From positions 1 to 64,000 of the IMG/VR virus record IMGVR_UViG_3300029305_003961: DNA of 64,000 nt; one strand, written 5' to 3'. The notes below the pieces were generated by a model. It made no database searches. It saw only the letters and a program-made list of their open reading frames with translations, and had not been told where the DNA came from. How positions within the stretch are numbered: position 1 is the stretch's first letter; each line of letters opens with the position of its first letter. Of the stretch, positions 28,378 through 39,949 are shown piece by piece. The position numbers were made by a program, and so were the translations under genes. The DNA comes from a virus (Duplodnaviria > Caudoviricetes).

Positions 28378-30666
28378 ATGCTAATAATTAAAAGAGATGG
28401 AACGAAAGTTCTTTTTAACAAACAAAAAATTATTGATGCTGTAAATAAAGCATTACTCGAAGTAGATGGTTGTCTATATGAAACTGAAACCGCTGAAGAA
28501 ATTGGCGAAGCAGTAGAAGCGCACGTTTTAGGTGCTGAAATAATTGGTGAAACTCTAACCGTTGAAGATATTCAAGACCGAGTAGAAGATTACCTTATGT
28601 AGTCCGAACGTCGCGATGTGGCTCGCGCCTATATTCGTTATAGATATAAAAAAGAGGTTGCTCGCAACTACAAAGATGATTTTATCACTGCTATTGGCGA
28701 AAAACTAAATGCTTCTAATGTTCAAAATCAAAATGCCAATCTTGATGAAAAATCTTTTGGCGGGCGTATAGGCGAAGCATCAAGTTATATGACTAAAGAT
28801 TATGCTTTAAATTATATACTATCTGATATGGCTCGTAAAAATCATTTAGAAAATATGATTTATATTCACGATTTAGATGCCTATGCGGTTGGTAGTCATA
28901 ATTGCTTAACTATTCCATTTGATAAACTATTGGCCGAAGGATTCAATACTCGTCAGTGCGACGTGCGTCCCGCCAATTCTGTAAATACTGCTTTCCAGTT
29001 AGTCGCAGTTATTTTCCAATTACAAAGCCTATGCCAATTTGGTGGTGTTAGCGCGAGCCACATTGACTGGACTATGGTTCCTTATGTGAGAAAGAGTTTT
29101 AAAAAACATTTTAAAGATGGGTTATACTACTGCCATAATTTTGTTTCAGATGCTGATAACTCTGGAGATGAAAAATTTTTCCAACTATTAGCAGAAACAC
29201 ACGGAGTTACCCAAGAAGAATATAATTCTATTCCAATAGACCATTGTTTTTATAGTAGTTCTGGACATCCAATGGCATACAAATATGCTATCGAAATGAC
29301 CGAGCGTGAAATTTATCAAGCAGTTGAAGCTATGTATCACAATCTTAACACTTTACAAAGTCGTTCAGGAAATCAGTTGCCTTTCACTTCTATCAACTAT
29401 GGTACTTGCACGCTTCCAGAAGGAAGAATGGTAACTAAAGCCATTCTTGATGTGTCTATTAAAGGTTTAGGTAAATTACATAAGACCTCTATCTTCCCTT
29501 GTGGTATTTTCCAAGTAATGAAGGGCGTAAATAAAGAACCTGGTACTCCAAACTATGATTTATATCGTTTGGCACTGCGTTCTACGGCTCAACGCCTATA
29601 TCCGAATTATGCTAATGTGGATTGGAGCGTAAATAAAGGATATAATCCTGACCGTCCATCCGAATATACAAGCACAATGGGTTGCCGAACATATAACGGT
29701 TTTGATATCAACGGTCTTGGCTTTGAGAAAGATGGCCGCGGCAATATTGCCCCCGTTACTATCATTATGCCCACTTTGGCAATGATGGCCAAAGAAAAAG
29801 TAATGAAAGAATGCGAACCCTTTGCCGAAGACTTAGAAGGTCAAACTCTTGATGAATTTATGTTCCTGTTGGAATCTAAAATCTATGAGGCAAAAGATAT
29901 GCTCCTTGAGCGTTATCGTTGGATTTGTTCTCAATCTCCCGACTCTGCTAAATTTATGTATGAGAATGGCGTAATGGCCGGTTATATCCCAGAAGAAGGA
30001 ATCCAAAGCGCATTACGGCACGGAACCCTTGTCATTGGCTCTCTTGGCTTAGCAGAAACTTTACAAATTTTAATTGGATGCGATCATACCACTCCTGCCG
30101 GCATGGGATTAGCCAAACACATTTATAAAAAGTTTAATGAACTTTGTGCTATGTTCAAAAAAGAACTTCATTTAAATTTTGGTGTTTATTTAACACCTGC
30201 TGAAAATCTTTGCCATACCGCAATGAAAAAGTTCCGTGAGAAATATGGTATAATTGAAAATGTCTCTGATAAAGAATTTTTTACCAATTCTACTCACGTT
30301 CCGGTGTGGAAGGAAATGAGTCCTTTTGAAAAAATTGATATTGAGAGTGAGTTGTCTGGATACTCTAATGCAGGATGTATTACTTATATTGAATTAGATT
30401 GCGGAGCAAAAAACAATATTGACGCATTGGAAACTTTAGTAAATTATGCTATGGATAAAGACCTACCTTATTTCGCAATTAATGTTCCTAATGATACCTG
30501 CCTATCTTGCGGATATTGCGATGAATTTAATGATAAATGTCCTGAGTGCGGCAGTGAAAATATTCAACAGTTGCGTCGCGTGACCGGCTATCTAACTGGA
30601 AATTATACAACTGCTTTTAATAAGGGTAAACAAGATGAAGTTCATCATCGCGTAAAACATTGTTAA
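28378..30666 (+). CDS. nrdD: Anaerobic (class III) ribonucleoside-triphosphate reductase with ATP cone, 762 aa, 1 TAG (28600)
   Basis: The ATP cone (IIKRDG..V.F...KI..A) continues in frame through DYLM*SERRDVARAYIRYR. Also IYIHDLD, HNC, MGCRT, CxxC...CxxC and the glycyl-radical loop RVTGYL. Confidence 0.95.
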
Positions 30667-30668
30667 AT

Positions 30669-30697
30669 TTGACAAAAAAAGAAAATTTTGATATAAT
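30669..30697 (+). promoter_or_regulatory. sigmaA-type promoter (consensus)
   Basis: TTGACA-17 nt-TATAAT with extended TG. Confidence 0.85.
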
Positions 30698-30726
30698 AAA
30701 AGAAAAAAATGAGGTGAAACATATCT

Positions 30727-31233
30727 ATGATTGAGCAAGTAGAAAAATTAGAAGATGTTCTTGAACCTTATCACGGCCAAACCGTCTGGTGCTCTGATGA
30801 AGATAAATGCTATCGCTTTGATGCCGTAGAAGGTTGGCAAGAAATACCGGACGATAGAACAGAAACCGCAATCAGTATGAACGTTTATGAAATGAATAAA
30901 CAAATTATCGGTCAACTAGAAATTCTTGATGAGGCCGCAATGGCAGAAAAGGGAGAATTTGTAAGAAACTTTATTGGTAAATGGAATTGTTAGTATTACA
31001 TGCTTTTATGCAGAGAACTAAATTATTACACTTTATTTAATATTGATTTGAAAAATGCTAATGAAACTGTTGAAAATGTTTTATTTGAATGCGCGAGTGT
31101 AATTGGCGAAATCAAATCTGTTGAAATTACGAGTGATGAATGTGCTATTGAAATTTGGGTAACCAATGAAGACAATGAAACTTACGCTATGTATTTCTTC
31201 CCCTATGACAATGGAGTAGTAGTATGCAAGTAA
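30727..31233 (+). CDS. Hypothetical protein, 168 aa, 1 TAG (30991)
   Basis: ORFs 30727..30993 and 31000..31233 are in the same frame and separated only by TAG (WNC*YYMLLCRE). Confidence 0.7.
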
Positions 31234-31490
31234 TTATCTGTAATATTCAAATGTTTTCCAATGATCAAATGATCTATGTTTTTGACACGGAAACACAAAC
31301 TAATATCTATGCTCAAAAAGTTGATTTAAATAATATTCCAGAAGCAGTTTGCGCTTTGGCGCAGCAGTATGGTATAACTGAAGTAAAACTCCACGGAGAT
31401 ACCTCATTTAATTCTTTATGGGCTCAAGAAATTGAAACAACCTATTCATTAAATTATAATCATAATACACTAAATGTAGAGGTAATATAA
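31224..31490 (+). CDS. Hypothetical protein, 88 aa
   Basis: Overlaps its neighbours; SD GGAG. Confidence 0.65.
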   Translation: MQVIICNIQMFSNDQMIYVFDTETQTNIYAQKVDLNNIPEAVCALAQQYGITEVKLHGDTSFNSLWAQEIETTYSLNYNHNTLNVEVI

Positions 31491-31732
31491 TGTCTAAATA
31501 TTTAATTCAAACAACAGAAGTGTATCGTGTAGATACCGAACCAGAAGTCGAAAATCTAATTGCTGAGGCAAAAGAGGATACTACTTTTAATGTGGTAAAA
31601 TATAATTGCGAACACAAAGAGCGTAAACAAAAAGGAGAAGTTATTGACGACTATTATAAAGTCTCTATCGTCAAAGGCTTTACTGATGAAAAGGAACCTG
31701 AGACTCAGGTATTGGTAAGTTATGAAATTTGA
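31490..31732 (+). CDS. Hypothetical protein, 80 aa
   Basis: TAATG coupling; SD GAGG. Confidence 0.65.
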   Translation: MSKYLIQTTEVYRVDTEPEVENLIAEAKEDTTFNVVKYNCEHKERKQKGEVIDDYYKVSIVKGFTDEKEPETQVLVSYEI

Positions 31733-32453
31733 AATTGTTTCTAAATATGCGGATGCGGGTCTGCGTCTTCCCGAACGGAAGACCGCCGCAAGCGCAGGCT
31801 ATGACTTTCAAGTTGCCGAGGATACTGTAATTCCTTCTTTATCTAAACTATATGACAAAATGGCATTATATGCCGACATCGGTTATATGAGAACTTTGAA
31901 AGAATTAACAGAGATTACTAAAGCCACTGCGGCAAAACCTACACTTGTTCCTACTGGTATCAAATGTGAAATGCCTAAAGATATGTACCTTGAATTATCT
32001 GTCCGTAGTTCTTGCCCTTTAAAATCTTGGCTTATTCTTGCTAATGGAGTAGGTATTATTGATTCTGACTATTATAATAATCCAGATAACGAAGGACATA
32101 TTTATTTTCAAATAATTAATTTATCACCTTTTGATATTCTTCTTAAAAAAGGCGATACAATTGGTCAAGGTATTTTTAAAAAATATTATGTGGCTGATGA
32201 TGATGCGGCAACTGCCGAACGACAAGGCGGCTTTGGCTCAACCGACACTCTTGTTGACACCTTTAATGAAACTGGTCATCCTTATTTTTTAACCACTGAT
32301 GAATGGTATGAACTTGGAATGAAATTATTTAATCCAAAAAGAGAAGAAGAAGAATGTGTAATGGCTTGTAATCCTGAGCGTCGCGCCTTTATCGTTGATA
32401 GTTCAAAAACTTTTACAACGGAGAATCATAGCGTTGAATATTCTGGCTCTTGA
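31722..32453 (+). CDS. dut: Trimeric dUTPase with an internal insertion and a C-terminal extension
   Basis: Motifs SAGYDF, VPTGI, RSS, GIIDSDYY, GDTIGQGIF and RQGGFGST. Confidence 0.92.
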   Translation: MKFEIVSKYADAGLRLPERKTAASAGYDFQVAEDTVIPSLSKLYDKMALYADIGYMRTLKELTEITKATAAKPTLVPTGIKCEMPKDMYLELSVRSSCPLKSWLILANGVGIIDSDYYNNPDNEGHIYFQIINLSPFDILLKKGDTIGQGIFKKYYVADDDAATAERQGGFGSTDTLVDTFNETGHPYFLTTDEWYELGMKLFNPKREEEECVMACNPERRAFIVDSSKTFTTENHSVEYSGS

Positions 32454-32907
32454 TTAGGCCTCGCGCACCAGTGGATATGCTATCTTTTAGGATGATAAGT
32501 TAATAGCAAATGGCACTTTCACTTATGATGACGATGATTTTTCTTTACGCCTTGTAAAAATTCGCAATAAAGTAATTTCTCTTATTCACGATTATTGTAT
32601 AAATAAAATTCTGCTTGAAGATATTCAACTTCAAGGTTAGATAAATAATGTCTCGACTTATAAGGCTTTAGCCGAGGTGCTTGGCGTGCTTGAAGAATTG
32701 GCGCGTGAATGCGGCATCCCACACGAGATAGTTCATTCACAAACCTGGAAATCAACACTCGGCATTAAAGGTCGTGATCGTGCTACCTAGAAACGGAATG
32801 CGCAATTGTTTGTAACCGAGACCTACAATATTAAAGTGTCTCAAGACGCCAGTGACGCAATTTGTATTGGTACTCACTATATCAAAAGTAATAAATCGGC
32901 CTTTTAA
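32434..32907 (+). CDS. ruvC: RuvC-like Holliday junction resolvase, 157 aa, 4 TAG (32455, 32488, 32638, 32788)
   Basis: TTG start after GGAG. Motifs ILALD*ASRTSGYA, ILLEDIQ, LAEVLGVL, TWKSTLGIKG..R..*K and DASDAICIG. The gene is absent from the ORF track. Confidence 0.88.
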
Positions 32908-32923
32908 TAAGGCCGATTTTTTT
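32893..32923 (+). terminator. Intrinsic terminator
   Basis: AAATCGGCCTT...AAGGCCGATTT followed by TTTT. Confidence 0.8.
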
Positions 32924-32956
32924 CATTTTATCCACTCTCTTTTTGATAATATATAG
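32911..32956 (+). promoter_or_regulatory. Candidate phage-specific promoter motif (copy 5, before the holin-like gene)
   Basis: GGCC-N9-CAT-N16-TTGATAATATATAG. Confidence 0.55.
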
Positions 32957-32998
32957 ACACAGGAAACAACTATAATAAGGAAAGGGGGAGCAAATCAA

Positions 32999-33454
32999 AT
33001 GGGTGAATGGATTGCTGCCAATATTGGTGGCATAATTTTATCTTTGATTACTGCCGGAGCATTGACCTTTTGCGGTTGGTGTTGGAAACAACTAAAAACT
33101 TATAAGGGATTGCTTGATGAGAAGAAAGAAGCAGCAATTGATGACGCAATTGATGAAAAAATTGAGCCTGTCAAACAGGATATCCAACAGTTGCGTGACT
33201 ATGTAACCTAGGTCGATGTGGCTGAAAAGCACAAGATGGACCTAATTGTTTCTTCTTATAGATATAGACTAACACAACTATGTCGTCTATACTTGGGACG
33301 CGGCCATATCACAACAGGTGAATATGAATAGTTAAATGAATTTTATCATCTGTATACTGGTTTGGGCGGCAATGGAGAGGCAAAAATTTGGTTTGATAGA
33401 GCCATTTAGTTGCCAATTGTTAACAATAATACTAGTAAAAATGAAGACAAATAA
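32999..33454 (+). CDS. Holin-like membrane protein (N-terminal TM helix, LGGNG motif), 151 aa, 3 TAG (33209, 33329, 33407)
   Basis: Hydrophobic IGGIILSLITAGALTFCGW, then a coiled coil, then YL.RG.IT..EY....E.Y..Y..LGGNG......LP. I recall this pattern from phage holin-like families. Confidence 0.65.
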
Positions 33455-33496
33455 AAAATAGGGAAGCCTTAACAAAAGGCTTCCCTATTTTCTTTT
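33453..33496. terminator. Bidirectional terminator where the two arms converge
   Basis: AAAATAGGGAAGCCTT-AACAA-AAGGCTTCCCTATTTT, flanked by A and T tracts. Confidence 0.85.
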
Positions 33497-33798
33497 AATC
33501 GTTTAAAGAACAAATTGGTTTTACATACAATTTCCTATCCATAAGTCGCAACGAGGTCTGCGAATAATTCTTCTTGATCATGACTCATTTCTATGTTATA
33601 ACTAAACATAGCCGCGTGGGTTAATTCGTGAGATAAAACTTTTTTCATCATTGGATAATTTAAATCTTCGCAAAGATATATAGTTTTTAAATAGTCATCG
33701 CAAGCGCCAATAGACCAAGAACCATCACTCCGCTATAATTGCGGATGAAGTGGAGAGACTAAAAGAACTCTCCACTCCTCTCCATTAATATTTATCAT
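33469..33798 (-). CDS. Small zincin-like metallopeptidase (HExxH), 109 aa, 2 TAG
   Basis: Reads MININGEEWRV...GACD....TIYL......KKVLSHELTHA.......EELFAD. Confidence 0.72.
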
Positions 33799-33866
33799 TT
33801 AATTTTTGTAGCCAAAGCCGCAATGCGGTTTCCCATAAAAATCTGGGAAACCGCTATAAAAAAAAT

Positions 33867-33900
33867 AAACCCCTAGTAGATAATTCTACTAGGGGTTTTT
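33867..33900. terminator. Intrinsic terminator after the holin (probably bidirectional)
   Basis: AAACCCCTAGTAGA-TAAT-TCTACTAGGGGTTT with A and T tracts. Confidence 0.85.
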
Positions 33901-33901
33901 A

Positions 33902-34291
33902 TTATTTCTGTAAATTAACTTCGGCTTCAATTCGAGTGGTTAGGTAAGCAGTAGCATCACCATATAATTCTGTCAAGTAAGCCTTTGCGTCATCGCTTAA
34001 AACAGCGATTACCGCATCAAGAGTTTTTTGGAAAGCAATCTTTTGTGCCTCCGCATTAAAAGAACCTTGCTTTTTTAAAGCCTCTACATATGTTTGATTC
34101 GTGGCAATAACACAATCAGTAATTGTTTGTGCCACCATAGAAATATATTTATCGGCAGTATCATTTTCAACTTTAACAAGGATTTCTTCTTCTTTGGCTT
34201 TTAACCATTTAACTAAGAAAGTTGTCAAAACACCCAAAATAGGAATTAGACAAATTTCTAAAATTTTATATAATAATTCTAACCAATCCAT
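33902..34291 (-). CDS. Holin (LL-H-like family), 129 aa, TAG-free
   Basis: Single N-terminal TM helix; motifs V.ATNQTYV..LKKQG.F..EAQK.A and IEAEV...K. Confidence 0.75.
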   Translation of the reverse strand: MDWLELLYKILEICLIPILGVLTTFLVKWLKAKEEEILVKVENDTADKYISMVAQTITDCVIATNQTYVEALKKQGSFNAEAQKIAFQKTLDAVIAVLSDDAKAYLTELYGDATAYLTTRIEAEVNLQK

Positions 34292-34294
34292 TAC

Positions 34295-35119
34295 TTATTT
34301 TCCTCCTTTTAAACTTAAAACCACATTTCCTTCATCATCTCCGATGGCAACAAATGATATATCACCAGCCTAAAGAGCACTTTCTGCTTTGGCTAATGAT
34401 GCTTTTGTCTCATCGCTTAGGCTAATTTCGATATTAGAAGAAAGGCTACCTCCACCAGTTAGTCCTTCTTTTCCGTAAATGGTTATAGTTTTTAAAGCAT
34501 AAGAACTAGCATCTCCAAGTTCGTACCAATAACCTTCGGACCAGACGTATTCTTTTCCTCCGCACAGAATAACATCACCATCTATACCTTCCTCAGGTAA
34601 AGAATCTTTTATTCCAATAAATCGCATTGCTCCAGTTATATCTAAATCTGCCGCAGTCGGCTTTTTTACATATAAACCATTATCACTAAGACTTAGTATA
34701 TTGTCGCTAGCAGAATCAATATTGACCTTTGCTTCTAAATTGCCTTGATTATCAATATCATCAAAAGTTAAAGACTTATCATTATTAGTAATAGACATAA
34801 CGCCAAGAGAGGTTGGAATTTTTTCGTCTAACTTTTGTTCGGCCGCCTTGGCGCGTTCAACTTCTTCATTTAAACTTGCTGTTGTAGCATAAGATCTTGC
34901 TTCTAGTTCTGCGGCGTCAATAAAATCTGGTATCAATTCAAACTATAATTGATTATTTTTATTTATTTTTGCGCCTATGGTTTCACTATTAGAAATTACT
35001 AATTCATCATTATAGTCATTCGCATTTAAAGAAGATATTGTTGTGTTTTCTTTGTTTTTAATTGTAATAGTCTTAAAGGCCTTGGTTAAATAATTTATAA
35101 CATTACCATAGAAACTCAA
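34295..35119 (-). CDS. Tail fibre-associated/virion protein, about 274 aa, at least 2 TAG
   Basis: TTG start (MSFYGNV). Contains the phage fibre-type segments EVERAKAAE, ITGAMRFIG...GDVIL...KEYVW....W.ELGD and GLTGGG.LS. Confidence 0.6.
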
Positions 35120-35400
35120 TGTTGGACACCCCCCTCGGTACTGTCCTCACTTATGATATCCACAATTATCGATACATCTTCATTAGCATTACTGATAAAT
35201 ACTAAGGTGGTAATAACGCCTCCAACCATAGAAAGGTCTAATTCATAAATGCCATATTTACCAATGGTAATATCTGTACCATTATTAATCTGAAAAACGG
35301 TGCCTGGTGCCCCCTATATACCTAACTTATAAACATGTTTACCGGGTATAATGTTTTCATTGAATTTATCTACAATAATTTGTTCAATACTTTTAGCCAT
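35116..35400 (-). CDS. Small virion-module protein, 94 aa, 1 TAG
   Basis: SD AAGGAGG; reads KLGI*GAPGTVFQIN....ITIGKYGIYELD to TGA. Confidence 0.7.
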
Positions 35401-35418
35401 ATTATTACCTCCTTTTTC

Positions 35419-37611
35419 TTAAAGTAGTGGCTAAGCAGCCTTAGTTGCCGTAATACTCATACTTCCATTATATGCCAGTGGAAGTGAGATTTTACTTACA
35501 ATATAATCACCTTCAATTCCCGCTTCAATATCGCTAACATAAATGCGGGTATTAGGCTCCAAATAATAAATTGGAATGGAACTAATAGATACACTTTCTA
35601 TACAATATCCGTGATTATATAATAATGTATCGATAGCCTCTTTAGCGCTTTTTCCTTGAGTACTCTTACTAAACGCCCCGGCTAAGTTTCCAACTGAAAA
35701 ATACCTATATCCAGTTTTCTCGGGGGCATCCTTAACTCGATTGAAAATAATTTGAGGTGTTTCTCTATAATATATGGCTTTTACATCTTTATCATTGCTT
35801 ACTTTTGGCCTTACTCCAAGGACAGGAATGGAAAATTGCTCTAACTCTCCAGAAGTATCTAAGAAATCAATCCAAAAGTTAAGAGTTTCAGGCTGCTAGT
35901 AGATTGCACGAGCCCACCCTAGTCTTGTAGGGTCGTCATCTTCATTAGTGGGTGTAATATAATAAATAGAATTGTCTCCATCGAAAGGATTATATAACTA
36001 TCTCCAAAAACCTTCCATATCAATATAATATTGTTCATATCCAGTTCGACCGTTTTGATAAAGACCATCTTCAGAATTGACTTGAATAACTCTTAACTGA
36101 AAATCATCTAAATGGTTATATTTACGATAATCTTGAGCCATTCGGAATATCAATTCACGCCAATCACAATGAATACCATCCTCTTGCTCTCCATATATAT
36201 CATCAGCGATATAGGTTATAGGGTACTACCCCTCTAGATTAAAACCATATTTAGTATTATAGGCAGTAATTTCTTCTGCGTCCTTACCTTCGAGTTGAAT
36301 TTTTTCTCCTGCCTCATTGGTTTTCCAAAAGGCATCAACTTCAATAGAAGTATACTTCCAAGGCTTTTTATCAATCGCATAACGCATATGAACAGGTAAT
36401 TCACTACCGGAGATAGATTTACGAACACCCCAAACGCTATAATCATTTTTCAAATTGTTTAAATCAGGAGTGTTATTAAAGGCTGTAAAAAATTCAGAAC
36501 CTGAGAATATGTAGGAGTATCCATTCGCGGCGGCCAGGTCCTCCACATAATATTTTCCACTATCGGTTTGAGAGATAGGATTCCAAGTTTCATTGATATA
36601 AGTTTTCTTCTTTTGGAATACGAACTAACCATCTAGGTTATAAAAATATTCAAATTCACCCAAGAAATTTTTAATTTTATCTAATACAGAAGTAATACTT
36701 TCTCCTATATTAGCGATTAAATCATCGGGATATACAAGGTCGATTTCTTTATAGCCCACAGTTTCGCCATAATCAATTTTTGCTACATAGTATTCATTAT
36801 CATTGTCATCAGGAAGTTTTATCTTCACTTTGTTCTATTGGTTAATAAAATCATCAGACAGGCTTTCAAACTGTTCTTCTGGAATATCAGATAATTTTTT
36901 ATACTCACTAGGACTAGTGATAGGCTGCTCTCCATTAAGGGTTCCATTGGAATAAGTATTATTATTTATATTTCGATATAAATACATTGGAATATCATAT
37001 CGATATTCTTGTAATTCAAGGCCTAATTCATCCAAGTCATTAATAATTATATTGTGGAATGGTTCTCCTCCGTATTGGTGAACGGCTTCTCGTATAATAT
37101 CTTTAACTGGATATTTAGCAATTTTATAAACGCCATTACCATTTTCATCCTTTCCAATTTCTTGTTCAATTTTACCAAAGTCAACCGAAGAGTTTAAAGA
37201 ACCGCCAACTTCGCCATTTAATAAACACATTTTATCTTTACCGCTTAGATTAATGGTATAAGAATTAGAACTATAAGCAGAACTAAAACTAGTAATTACA
37301 TAAATACCCTAATCAAACCAAATAATATTGGGATATTCGGGGTTTATATCATTTTTAACACCAATAGCAAGTTTAATTTTGGTATTTAATCCCCAATAAT
37401 AATTTGCGATATTGATTTCTGGCGTTATCATACTCAGTTGACAAGTGCGGCGGACTGCGCTGGCTCCATCAATATTAATGGAGCCAGACGTAATTCGACC
37501 TTCAATTTGTTCAAGAGGCTGTTCATCAAAAGTAAGGGCAATTATACGAGCGTATATAATTTTATTGCGTTGTCTATCTAATAGATGTAAAAATTCTTTA
37601 GGATATAGCAT
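35419..37611 (-). CDS. Tail tip/baseplate hub-like protein, about 730 aa, many TAG
   Basis: Four tracked ORFs share one frame and each ends at TAG. Motifs GSINIDGASAVRRTC, WFD*GIYVIT, GKDKMCLLNG, EYFYNLDG*FVFQKK and IPIYYLEPNTRI. Confidence 0.75.
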
Positions 37612-39928
37612 CGCTTGTTGCCCCCTCTATTACATTATAGTGCGCTGGTGCGGACTTAGTTGTTAAAACATTTAATTTATAATAAACATCTGCGCGTACG
37701 CCAAACGGTATATTAATTATTTCTGGTACAAAATATCCATCAAAATCATTAGAAGTCAATTCCAAACGGCCGTTTATTACTCGCTTAAACGCATCAGTAT
37801 AGTTATTTTCTGTTATTATAGCATTATTATTAGTATATATTTGTTTTCCATTACTTAAATTAACCTTAATTACTTCGCTATCTTTCCATTTAAACTAAAC
37901 TTCTCTATCTCCCTGAACCCCGTCTAAAAGTTCTAGGCGCAAAAATAATATATTATTTAAATATTTCTTTATATTTGTATCTTCAGAGTATACTAATTGG
38001 TCTATAATATTAGTATACTCTCCATCATCGTCTTTATGCGTAAACTGGGCCGCTTTTTCTAGCGTGGCTATAGATTCAATAATATTTTCTTTATCCAAGT
38101 AAATATTATCAACTTTGGACTAAGTAGTAGCATACTCTATTTTATATTCATACTCGGTCTCAAGGCCATCGGCACCTATTTGTTTTAATTCAATAGAAAT
38201 CAATAAATTAGAATTAAAATTTAGTTCATGCATACCAGTAGCCCCAATTCGCAAAGTAAAGATTTCACCATTCTTAAATTTTAATTCATATATAGTTCCA
38301 GGGCGACCATAAATACGTGCCCAGACAGCAGGATCAATTTGATAAATACCGACACTATCAATATCAACGCTATAAACACGCGTAATTCTTTTGTCTTCTA
38401 TGGCGGTTAAAAATCCATATTTACTCTAGTTCGAGTGATTATTTTCAGCAATTTCATAGGCAGTAGAACTGAAAGTATGTAGCATTCTTCCAAGAGTGTC
38501 ATTAGGGGATAAGGAAGTGTTCATTAGGCGAACAATATAGTTGCCTTCAGTTGGAGAGCGGAATAATTTGGGCTTTCCATTATTTAACCATTCTAAAACT
38601 GTTAATTTAAAGACGCGCTCGGCGGCGATATTTTCACCAACCAAATTAATTGTGCGCATAGCAGTAGTTTGAATGGGACCCGCGGCAGTGGCGCTTCTCC
38701 GTTCGGATTGAGCGGCTAACCGCATATCTTCATCAGTTAGGAACAACTCATCGTTATCCATATGATAAGAAATTAAACCAGAAAGAGAAAATTCCTTATA
38801 TTTCGTATTTCCGTTTCTAAAAACGAATGGGAATTGACCGCCTATAGTGTCTAATTTACTTTCCAAAATAGTATCTTTAAAAGAAGATACTTTAGGGTCA
38901 AATTTAATCTTTAACTGGCGCACGCCATCAAATAGAAAAATATCTTCAAAATCAACACACACGATTTCAGTCATTATAGGAGCAGTATAAATACCATTGG
39001 CGCTATACTGCCGCAATCCATAAATATAATTTACTCCCTACTGGACAGTAAAATCTTTATAAAGGGAATAAGAAAATGAACTAACAATATCGTTAATTAC
39101 AAAGTCTTGTATAACTTCTTGAGTGCTATAATTATCTAAATCGCTACTACGAATTAATTGAAATTGTCCTCTAATATCTTGAGGCTCCGAATTAGTTGAA
39201 CGATGTAGGATGATTTCCACAAAACCATTCTCATCATCGCTATGAGCCTCTAGGGTCATTTTAAAATCGATATCCACTTCAGCGGCCGCTTCAATTAGAT
39301 ACCGAGGAGAAGCAACTCTTAAGCCATTGGAGGTGGTTACTTCATACTATATTGAATAAATTCTATCTTGTCTCAAAATCTATGTAAACTGATAAGAATC
39401 TCTAGAAACTTTTGGGTCTGTATCTTCAGAAGAATTATGTAGTAATTCACCAGAAGAGGTTAAGAGACTATCATCACTATAAATATTAAAACAATAAGAA
39501 TAAACTTTTTCATTTATATCGTTCTCTGGAGCCTCGTATTTACCAATTACAAGCGGCCCGCAGTAATTTTTCTTATCTATTTCAAATTCTACATTGTTAG
39601 AATTGACTGAAAGAGTGGGCTCTTCCGTATATTTAAAAACTCCAACTGTGGAGTAGTATCCAACTTCTTTATCTTTTACATAAGCAATTTGCGCTTTGTA
39701 GAATTGGCCTACTATAAAAGAATAGTCAGTTGGAAAATTACCATTTTTGTCTCCTGATATTGTGGCTATTTCTAAATTTGTAGATACGGTTTTGATTTTT
39801 AAACTCATTGAGTCATAATCATTAATGCCCACGGCTCTGTTATGTAGGTAGGGAATATGTAGTATATTCCCTACCTAAGCGGGCAATTTGCCATCAATAG
39901 AAGGAGGAAGTAATTTTTTCGTTGCCAT
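37598..39928 (-). CDS. Distal tail/baseplate protein with Ig/FN3-like segments, about 776 aa, many TAG
   Basis: ORFs starting at 39832, 39277, 39016 and 38098 are co-framed. Motifs LLPPSIDGKLPA and KPKLFRSPTEGNYIVRLMNTSLSP...LGRMLHTF...AYEIA. Confidence 0.72.
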
Positions 39929-39949
39929 AGTAAGCAAACCTCCCTTTTA

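Noticed and set aside
828-29792. Short antisense or alternate-frame ORFs in the track (for example 828..1061, 1042..1434, 4730..4948, 9551..9766, 13392..13655, 25324..25563, 29607..29792)
   Set aside because: They overlap well-supported genes, lack SD sites and show no motifs, so they are shadow ORFs.
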